Assembly (NCBI GenBank): GCA_951406725.2
Contig: OX597821.1
Span: 77,810,001-77,874,000, forward strand
DNA length: 64,000 nt
From: Octopus vulgaris
Lineage: Eukaryota
Direction of reading: 5' to 3'
Shown: one piece after another, positions 53,100 through 64,000 of the stretch
Numbering within the stretch: position 1 is the stretch's first letter
How the letters are laid out: each line of letters starts with the position of its first letter
The notes under the pieces: generated by a model
Database searches by the model: none
The model's input: the letters and a program-made list of their open reading frames with translations, nothing else
Told to the model about the DNA's origin: nothing
Translations under genes and position numbers: made by a program

Positions 53100-56000
53100 G
53101 TTTGCATCACTTGTCCAATCCCATAGAAACAAGTAACCAATCTATTCATATAGATATCAAACCCAATAGATTAAGAGAACCATTGCTACAAATTTGCATG
53201 CTGTTAGTGTTTACGATTGTATTTAATGTCAGCGGCCTGTCAACGGGGATCTAAGTTCACACAGTGTCAAGGTATGATAATATAATCTTTTCTACTGTAG
53301 GCGCAAGGCCTGAAATTTAAAGGAGAGGGATATTCGGTTACCAGTGTTTCACTGGTACTGAACTTATCGACCCCAAAAGGATGGAAGGCAAAGTCGCCCT
53401 CGGCGGAATTTGAACTCAGAACGTAACGGCAGAGGAAATACTGCTAAGCATTTCGTCCGGCGTTCTAATGATTCTGCCAGCTCGCAGCTTTCAGGTATAA
53501 TATTATGTAAACCTACGTGGTAAATATACAAACCTGGGAAATTCAACAATTTCTCCGTCACTTGAAAAACTGATTTATAGCCTTAATTTATTTTCAACTC
53601 ATAGGAGTATATTCATATGAATAATCATAGACTGAAAGAGAGAACTAAAGTTAGACAGATTCAAATGGAAATCACTTTTAAGTGTATCTCTACAGAATTT
53701 CGATAGAGTTTAGAGCCAACGCTGAAAATTACGACGTTTCGTATGCGACAAATAAGTCTATGTAAACGTTGTTACTTTCAATACTGTCTCTAAATTCAAT
53801 AGAAAATCTGTAGAGATGCACTTATAACTTAAACGTGATTGTATCGCTCTGCTAACACAGACAGGACACACTATTGACTTATAGGTTGTTGATATACATT
53901 GTAGTGTGCTATGGTTGTAAAACGAAAGACAGTGTCCCCACCAGCGATGAATAAACTGAAATATTGTTATAAGAAACAATTGTAAGTTTAGTTTTGTAAG
54001 GTATAATTACGTTGCCTTGTTTTGCGCAACGTCTCTGAAAACAAGATCAGAAAGTGAATAAGAGTTTAGTTCCCAGAAATGATTTAGTGTGTAGCGCAGT
54101 CATTTTAAATTTATTTCCCTTTGACTTTTGCTGGCGTGGATGTGTGTTTACGGCCACCTGGTTTCGTGTTCAGTCCCACTGCGCCGCACCTAGGGCAAGT
54201 GTCTTCTACATTTATCCCGGGCCGATAAATGCTTTGTGAATGAATTTAGTAGACGGAAACTGTCTGGAAGCCCATCGCATACATGTCTATGTGTATGTTT
54301 TGTTTGTTTGTTTCTACACCATTGCTTGACAACTGGTTTTGGATTGTTTGCGTCTCTATAACTTAGCGGTTCAGAAAAAAGTCTGACAGAACAAGTACCA
54401 GACTTGTACTGGGCTCGCCTTCTTCGACTAAACCCTTCAAGGCAGTGCTCCAGTATGGTCGCAGTCCAATGACTAAAACAAGTAAACAAAAAAAAAATAT
54501 ACGACTAAAACAGGTTCAATACAATTTTTCCGTAAGATGCCCAAATCTAACTTTTTTCCATTTAAGTCCCTTGAATAAACCCTAAAATATTACTGGTACT
54601 TAATTGTTGGACTTCGTAAAGTTGAAAGACAATTGTTTACATTGGTGCGATATTGAAGTACCAAGATACGAAATATCTTAACCAATACTCTACTTTCTTA
54701 ACCAGACTATCATCTCCTTTATTCCCTCAAGATTATTGCAGCACGTGATTCTTTTATTCTTTTGTTCTTTTACTTGTTTCAGTTATTTGACTGCGGCCAT
54801 GCTGGAGCACCGCCTTTATATTCGCGATGCTCGTAATAAATGAAAGTCGATATACGAGTGCATATATATATATATATATATATTATTCCAAATGATGTTA
54901 AGGATCAATTGGATTTATTATTTTTCATAACTAGAATGATTTTGAAGGAGTTAGATAATATCACTGGTCGATGTCTCATTTACGCATGCGCCTAGAGACG
55001 GCAATTCTATTGTAATATTAATAATGATGGCTGACATTGTATGTAACACACAGTCAATGATTTCTTTAGTATAGGAAAAACTGTTCGGCAAGAAGCTGTC
55101 TATAGAAGCAGGACAGAAATCAATCATATAAATTCGATAGGGAAACAGACAAATTCTAGATTCCTTCTTCATATCTCTCCTAGCCGAACCACTCTATATC
55201 ATTAAACCATGCATATTTCATGAAAGAGAATCGCTAAAGTTCTGCTAGTATACTCAATCGACTAGACATAGTTTAGTTACAATTACTCGGTATATTATTA
55301 AAAATTGCAGCCGACCCATTCGATAGGCTATCACTTCTCATTCAGCTCCTGTCCTAACCTGTTCCAGACATTCCATTATGTTCGTTGAACCACGAGAAAT
55401 TAATGAAGAAATTCAATACTGTCTCTCGCTTCAAATGAAAATTGAAGATTCTTCACAAACTTCTCAACTTTACGTACCTACACATTTGCAACATGACTGC
55501 CAATCTTTGTGTTGAAGTAATCGAGTGAAAAGATTGATGAACAAATAATGCTAAATATAGGCGTGGCTGTATGGTAAGAAGCTTGCTTCTCAATGACATA
55601 GTTCCGGGTTCAGTCCTACTGCCTGGCACCTTGAGCAAGTGTCTTCTAGTATAGACCCGGGCCGGCCAAAGCCTTGTGAATGGATTTGGTAGATGGAAAC
55701 TGAAAGAAGCCCATCATATGTATATATATGTTTGTCCCTCACACCGAGTGACAGCCGGTGTTGGTTTGTTTATATCCTCGTAACTTAGCTTTTCGGCAAT
55801 AATAAACGATATAATAAATATCAGGCTTTAAAAATTGAGTACTGGGGTCGATTTATTTGGATAAACCCTTCGAGATGATGCCCCAGCATGGCCACAGTCC
55901 AACAACTGAAATAAGTGAAAGCAATAAAAGAGATAACCGTTCGAAGCCAACGAAGGAACCTGTGCATAGACGCTTGACCATTTAGAAATAGCAACAGAAA

Positions 56001-56226
56001 CGTAAGTACTGTCTCGAGTCGTAGGAGTCGGAAGGCCGGTTACCCTTGACTGAGATCACAACATTTCGCCAGAACGGGGGAGGGCCAGTCCGTTGCAGGG
56101 TTATTCTTTTACAGTTGAGTGGACTGGAGTAACGTAAAATAAAGTGTTTTGCTGAAGAAAGCGATACAACACCCTTTCCGGGAATCGAAGGCGGTGAACT
56201 GGCAGAAACGTTAGCACGCCGGGCGA

Positions 56227-56291
<65 letters not shown>

Positions 56292-56516
56292 TAATAATCA
56301 TAATGATTCTTTCTACTTAAGACACAATGCCTGAAACTTCGAAGAAGGGAACTAGTCGGTTACATCGACCCCAGTGCTGAACTGATACTTATTTCATCGA
56401 CCCCGAAAGGATGAAAGGCAAAGTCGACGCCGCGGAATTTGAACTCAGAACGTAGTGGTAGGCAAAATAACGCTAAGCACTTCGACCGGTGCGCTATCGA
56501 TTCTGCCAGTTCGCCG

Positions 56517-56605
<89 letters not shown>

Positions 56606-56652
56606 TATTTTACCCCAATGTCACTTTGATGGCATGAACTGCTCTCTCACTC

Positions 56653-56710
<58 letters not shown>

Positions 56711-57080
56711 GTTGTCATAGGTGCCCTGGGAATGATAGCGAAAGGGACTAATTGCTACCTAACTCAGATACCAGGAAACCCCAAAATGGCAGAAATTCAA
56801 AAGATAGTGCTCATGGGAACTGCTCATATCCTACGCAAAATACTCTCTATGTAATCCCAAGGTTTAAAACAAACTTTTATTTATTTATTTATTCTATTTT
56901 ATTTTATTTATTTATTTATTTTTATTTTATTTTATTTTATTTTTATGTATTAGACATTCACTAGTACAACACACAAACCCCCCCCCAAATATATGGCACA
57001 GAACTTCCAACCTGTTGTCTCTTGAGGTCTCTGGGTGAGACTTGGAGCCAACTTGTACAGACATAAAGCAAAAGTCAAAC

Positions 57081-57083
<3 letters not shown>
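56711..57083 (+). mobile_element. R4/Dong-like LINE 3' end within (AAT)n
   Basis: GTTGTCATAGGTGCCCTGGGAATGATAGC.. nearly identical to 39141-39282; diverged 3' UTR. Confidence 0.9.
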
Positions 57084-57145
<62 letters not shown>

Positions 57146-58574
57146 GCATCAAATTTTAGCACTAGGCCAGCAAGTTTGGGGTGGGATGAATCAATTACAT
57201 CAACCGCAGAGTTCAATTGATAGTTATTTTATCGACCCTAAAAGGATAAAATGCATAGTCGACTTCGGCAGAATTCGAACCCAGGACGTTAAACCGGAAG
57301 AAATACCGCTAAACATTTTGTCCCCGTGCTAATGATTCTGCTAGCTTGTTGCTCTACTGCCCCACATATATTGCTTTGAAATGAAATGTGAATCAGACAC
57401 ACCATCCGTCAATGTACAAATTGCTCTTTGTAATGCTTTAACTAGAACACAACCTTCAATAACTGTTCTCATTATGAATAAGTGATACTTGATAATGTCA
57501 TAAATAATATATGTGTAATATGTTAACAGTATCTAATAGTATCAAATGACCCGATGTTCCTATCTGATATCCAGATATTTGGTTTAATTTCTCTGATACT
57601 TTGTTGGTGTTCAGGTTTTGCTAAATAACGGAGCTTTTTATTATTTATCTTTTACTTTTTAATTCAGAGGACTGCGGCCATACTGGGGCATCGCATTGAT
57701 AGGCTTAATCGAACAAATCGGCTTACGTTTTAGGTTTGGTACTGATTTATCGGTTCTTTTTGCTGAACCGCTAAGTTATAGGAATAAGCCTGTTATCAAG
57801 CGCGCGCGCACACACACACATATATTCGCACGCATGGACACTCAAACACACACACATACACACATACACACACACACACACGCATACACACACATACACA
57901 CATATACACACACATATACACATATATATTTGTATATACGGTGAGTTTCTACAGTTTTTGTCCACCAAATTCACTAACAAGACCTTAGTCGACCTGGGGC
58001 TACAGCAGAAGATATTTGCTCAAGGTGCCGCGCAGTGGGACCGAACCCTAAACCACGTGATTACAAAGCAAGTTTCTTAGCCACACAGTCATTCATGCGC
58101 CTCCACGTTGAATATATTTCCCCAGATGTTAATGTCCTTGTCTTCCTATGATAAAAGACACTCCAACTTTGACATTCTCGTCTTTCTTCAAGTCAGGAAT
58201 AATATAATTTTATCTATCCTTTTTTTAAAGACAGTTATCTGTGATTTAATGGAGATACGGTTATTTCTAGTAAGTCAAATGGTTACAGACTGACTCCCCT
58301 TCTTTATATATGGTTCGCTGACTTAGTTATTTTTCAGCCGATTAGTTTAAAGCAGAGAAAAACTTCGGGTAGTAACGTCTCCAAACATAAGGCTTGTCCA
58401 TCTTTTCACTATCGTGCCAGAATGTATCTCATTTAGCCATTTTCGTATTTGCCTGAAGTGGAAGAACATAAAGATCAACTCGACGAAGCTTCTCTCAATG
58501 GAATTGCTTCCCCACCATTTTCCCCTCCGCTTGCCCTTTTCACTTTCACCCGGTCTTTCTACTTCTTTCTCCAC

Positions 58575-58607
58575 TATCCGAAGAAAGACAATATCCGAAA
58601 CGTCATG
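58575..58607 (+). ncRNA. degenerate minimal hammerhead motif
   Basis: UAU CCGAAGA A AGA..UCC GAAAC GUC AUG; downstream CCGAGC..ACTAATAC as in the 17553/60283 family. Confidence 0.45.
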
Positions 58608-58717
58608 CCCATAAACTCTATCTCTTCTCCGAGCAACAGACTAATACCACTGACAGTGAAATTCTCTCATCGTTTTGTTGATTTTGTATTTTGTTTTATA
58701 TTTTTTGCCTTTCGCAG

Positions 58718-58814
<97 letters not shown>

Positions 58815-59699
58815 GTCTGTCTGTCTGTCTGTCTATCTGTCTGTCTGTTTGTCTGTGTTTACGGGGACATAAACACACTACCATCGGTTGTCAAGCGAGA
58901 CTGGGGACAAACACACACACATATGTATGCATGCATGTATGTATATAAATATATGTGTGTATACACAATCTCTCTCTCTCTCCCTCTCTCTCTCTCTCTC
59001 ACACACACACATACGATGGGCTTCTTTCGGTTTCCGTATACTAAATCCACTCACAATGCTTTGGTCACCCCGAGGCTTTAGCAGAAGACACTTGCCTAAG
59101 GTGTTACGTAGTGAGACTGAACCCGGAACCATGTGGTTGGGAAGCAAGCTTCTCACCATATAGCCATATATATGTATGTGTGTGTATGTGTGTGTGTGTG
59201 TGTGTGTGTGAGTGTGTGTGAGTGTGTGTGTGTGTGTGTGCGTACTTACAACGCAAACGTATCGTGTTTTTTGTTACTTTCTTCTTGCTGCACCGCAATA
59301 CACTTGCACAAAAAAATGAAACACTCCTCCAATTTAGCAATTTCACTGTACATAAATGTAAGTACTTATATTCTAGATATTCTAGATATTATCATGGAGA
59401 GAGAGAGAGAGAGGGAGAGAGAGAGAGAGGGAGAGAGAGGGGAGAGGGAGAGAGAGAGTTGATTACTCTATTGTTCTGTTTCTCATCACCATGGATCAAA
59501 TTGGAAAATAGGCTTTTTTTAATGAAATTTTGCAAATGAGTTATGAAAGATAGTATTACACAGTGAATGTTTCCATATTAATGGTATGTACTAAATAATC
59601 CACTGTATTTATTCTTATCCTCTAAAACGACCATCACCATTTCTTTTTTCACGAAATCAAGTAAGGTTTATTTTAAAGTTTATCGCTTGTTTACGTCGC

Positions 59700-60349
59700 T
59701 TTAAAATAATCTAACACGTGTTGTTTTCCTTCTTTGGACTTTTTTCCTTTCTTCTTTCCAACGAAGAGCTATGCTCGAAACATCAAGCTTTTTCATTTCA
59801 CCGAACGTAAAGCTGATACATTCATTGTGCACGTCCTCTTCTTGCCTGTTAATTTTAATATTCATTCGTTTGAATTGATTGTTTATTTGAATCGACTGTT
59901 TACACACCCGTCTTCGTCTTTTCTGTTTTTTTTGTTGTAAATTCTCCCTATATATTACACGTTCACGTGGTCGCACTAGTTTTATCCTGTCTCCACCTCA
60001 TAACACTTCGAGCTCTTCTTTGACTATTCTACCTGGATTCTCTACCTGAACATTCTTCTACTCTCTTACACCTGGACTCTTACACTTCAGCTCACCTCTC
60101 CTACCCATGGATTACACTGGACTCTTCCTTTGATGAGAAATCGCTCCAATACACCCCGACGTTTGAACCTTTTGAACTTTTCTAAACTTTTTTGTATTTC
60201 TGTTTTTTCCCATTGTCGTTTCTCTCAATCCGCTAGCCAATAAACATTTTTCTATTTTCTCTCCCTGTTTATTTCTGTGTTCCTTTCTGTCGAAGAGCGT
60301 ATGCTCGAAACGTAAAAGACTTTCTCACTTCCCGAGCGTTAAACTATTC

Positions 60350-60355
<6 letters not shown>
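59700..60355 (+). mobile_element. two tandem PLE pLTR-like copies, each with a minimal hammerhead (59754-59788; 60283-60318)
   Basis: CUUU CUGUCGA A GAGC GUAU GCUC GAAAC GUA AAAG and CCAACGA A GAGC UAU GCUC GAAAC AUC AAG; ends in (TA)n. Confidence 0.65.
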
Positions 60356-60428
<73 letters not shown>

Positions 60429-60429
60429 C

Positions 60430-60461
<32 letters not shown>

Positions 60462-60503
60462 TAAATATATATATATATACATATCTATACATAGATACAT
60501 ACA

Positions 60504-60539
<36 letters not shown>

Positions 60540-60544
60540 TATAT

Positions 60545-60617
<73 letters not shown>

Positions 60618-60685
60618 TATATGCATATATATATAGTGTTATTATTATTATTATTTTATTATTTATTATTATATTATTATCATTA

Positions 60686-60783
60686 GACCTGAAGGGTGGC
60701 TATATTTTTAAATAGTATTAATTTTAATAGTATCGATTTTATCATTATCGATTTAAAGATATAGTCACGAAACGTGCGTAGTC
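60686..60783 (+). ncRNA. type I hammerhead motif with 18-bp stem II
   Basis: GAC CUGAAGG GUGGCUAUAUUUUUAAAU..AUUUAAAGAUAUAGUCAC GAAAC GUGC GUA GUC; A9G. Confidence 0.7.
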
Positions 60784-60997
60784 AATTTAATGTTTATTTA
60801 ATTGAGTGATTTTTAAAAATAATATTTATTATAATATATTAAAGTTTTTTCTACATAATATAGATAATGTCTTTCACTATTGAATTACTGAATAGAGGTT
60901 ATTTCTCTTAGTTATATACATATACTATATATTGTGAAATTTGATTTAGAATTGCTCAATTGAATTTTTCCCCGTAAGTTTGTCATTATATTCCCTA

Positions 60998-61138
<141 letters not shown>

Positions 61139-61212
61139 ATAGCAAAAGAAAAAAATCCTATATGCTGAACAATAGACTTTAGATCGGCCAACCACGTACA
61201 ATATTAATCGTG

Positions 61213-61273
61213 TTCCTCGTTGATGAAGGAAGAATCCTTTCGGATTAATCCAGAAAACGGTCCGATTCAGGGA
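61213..61273 (+). ncRNA. degenerate hammerhead motif
   Basis: UUCCU..UUGAUGA A GGA..AAUCC UUUC GGAUU..UCC A GAAA..UUC AGGGA. Confidence 0.4.
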
Positions 61274-61689
61274 TAACGGAATTTTAAAAAATTCTGTTAG
61301 CTTGTTTTCCGCATTTCAACACGCTGTGTATTTATAGTGAAAAATATTGCATGTGGTTAGACGATCTAAAATCTATTTTACAGCATATTGGCATAGACAT
61401 TTTTTTTCCTTTTATCCTTGTTTATAATTGTTTATAATTTTCCCCTTAAAGGGTATTTTAATATGCTGGCCACTGATAAGATATTTTTGAAACATTTTAT
61501 CCTTATATTAGAAGTGTACACACACGCACGTGCGCGCGCATACACACACATTGTCAAATACAATTTGTATTTGACAAGTTCTAGAGAGGAACGAAAGCGC
61601 TAATAATAAATGAAGAAATAAAAGGATTTTTTTTCCAAAATCCTGACGACTTTTTTCTCAATATTCAATTCTGTACATCACACCTAACG

Positions 61690-61722
<33 letters not shown>

Positions 61723-61772
61723 CGCATGAGTGGCAGTGTGGATTTGGTAGACGAAAACTGAAAGAACCCATC

Positions 61773-61833
<61 letters not shown>

Positions 61834-61918
61834 GATGAATATGGTACTTAAGTTAAAGGTACCAGAATTTAGTATGGTATTATCCATATATTTAAAAAAT
61901 GGGGTGATTATAATCAAA

Positions 61919-62268
<350 letters not shown>

Positions 62269-63069
62269 GCCGAGCCATCTGTGTATCATAGTTAATCATT
62301 TAGCATTCCGATTACTCTATCAAAAGTTATGTTTGTTTATTCACGTTATTTTGAATTAGTCATGCGTCATCTCATGGCTTCGAGATTTCGATTGTAGAGC
62401 TAGTGTGATTAACCAGACGCAGCTGGTTAAAATAGGTAGAATATTTGGCTGATTTAAATACATCGTAAAAAAGCAAATTTACTGCTGTAGGAGACAGCTT
62501 ACAAGCAATGGCATAGCTCATTTTTCAAATTTGACGCCTTTTCAGCAATTTTTTTAAAAACGTTTTAGTTCACTTCTGCGATAAAAGTCGAATCACTCCC
62601 TCTTTTATGTTAATCGCATGGTATTGGAAGAACTGTCTGAACCGTTACTTATATGATCCAGCTCCCGTGTTCTTTGAGCTGTCTGCTCAATCTCGTGCGA
62701 TGTGTTGATGGCCGCTGACATCTGAAGAACCAAAACAAACCCTGACGTCATAACCTCTCGATACTGGGCGATCCCGGGGATTTTCTTCTTCTTCTTCTTC
62801 TTCTTCTTCTTCTTCTTCTTCTTCTTCTTCTTCTTCTTCTTCTTCTTCTTCTTCTTCTTCTTCTTCTTCTTCTTCTTCTTCTTCTTCTTCTTCTTCTTTT
62901 TCAGTTACGTATATTATAACTAATGAAATATTTTGCGTAATATAACAGAAATGAGTTAAAAATCGCTATGTGTCGCGACACCTTTTTTTATGTACCTGCC
63001 TTTAAAACCTGACTATGCTACTGCTTATAAAACATGAAATTTGGCTCCTCTATTGTTTTCCTTGTGATA

Positions 63070-64000
63070 TCTTATCGCCTGATACAGTATCCGTTCTCTC
63101 CGTAACAGCTGCTTTCCAGAAGTTCTTCAATATAAATTTCTTTATCGCCATAATGTCTTTCTGTCCAATATAAGCTGAAGCTAAATATCAAACGAACTTC
63201 ATCCACCTCGAAAAGCTCCAAACATAGCAGTTCATGGTATTTGCATCTGATGGATTTAGTGTCAAGAAGTTTGGTGCTACATGATCGTAAAGATTGTCTG
63301 AAATCCTTTCTTGGATTACGTACGCTTTCTGAGAAGGTGTTGAATCTTGTTGAAGCGCGTATACCCATCCACTGTGTAAATCATCCACCCAGAGCTTTTT
63401 ACAACGCGTTCCCTTCTATTATAGGCACAAAGCCTGAAGTTTGGTGGGAGAGGGTGCCAGTCGATTAGATCGACTTCAGTACACAACTGGTACTTAATTT
63501 ATCGACTCCAAAAGGATGAAAGGCAAAGTTCGCGAAGCATTTCGTCCAGCTTGCTAACGATTCTGCCACCTCAACGTATCCAGCAGCATTAATTCTATGA
63601 CATTTTAGGAGAATGTGAGTTGCTATGACTTGACCTTCATTACTCACCGCTCCTAAAATTATCAGTGTTGCTGGAAACTTAATGTGCACCACTCCGAGGA
63701 CCCTCTTATACTTTTGGCTTTGGTTGAAGTTTTTCCCATCAGAGGAGAACCAAAGCACGTTAAGTTTGCGAAGGTTTTAACTTTGTTGGTAGCTGCTTGG
63801 CACAGAGCGAACGGTTTTCCTGTGTCTTTGCAGATATGAATTGGCCTCTTCTCAACACATGGAACTTCTATAGAATGTCGTTGGGGGTCACAGTTCTGGT
63901 TATTTACTACGAGACTTGAGATTCTTTTGCGATGACCCTCATTGTTTCCCCCGAATCATCATTGATAAGGTTTTGAACAGGTGTATGATTTGAGGAATCG
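63070..64000 (-). mobile_element. Tc1/mariner DD37D (maT-like) transposase remnant split by a family B SINE
   Basis: WFSSDGKNFNQ..KFPATLIILGAVSNEG..RINAAGY; then ALQQDSTPSQ..DANTMNCYVW. Confidence 0.8.

Overview
AT-rich, repeat-saturated animal DNA with no host protein-coding exon that I can support. The SINE repertoire and extreme microsatellite load look like an Octopus (coleoid cephalopod) intron or intergenic region; this is an inference from recalled repeat families. Almost every long ORF in the track is microsatellite translation. Recognisable content includes tRNA-derived SINEs of at least four families, 3' fragments of R4/Dong-like RLE LINEs sitting in (AAT)n tracts, and Penelope-like (PLE) GIY-YIG and pLTR fragments next to (TA)n tracts. 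There are also Tc1/mariner (DD34D, DD37D, DD41D-like) and hAT fossils, several MITEs, a non-autonomous Helitron and two probable solo LTRs. Four signals go beyond that list. (1) About 18 type I hammerhead-ribozyme motifs of many sequence families, several with unusually long stem/loop II. (2) A repeat family built as tRNA-like Pol III head + trinucleotide linker + hammerhead tail, i.e. a ribozyme-bearing SINE apparently moved in PLE fashion. (3) A 539-nt unit whose direct repeat starts at its own ribozyme cleavage site (retrozyme-like). (4) An old, heavily diverged tandem array of about 650 bp at roughly 3.95-10.65 kb, plus about nine fold-back inverted duplications across the window. All alignments and folds were done by eye, and edges are approximate unless a TSD or TIR is quoted.
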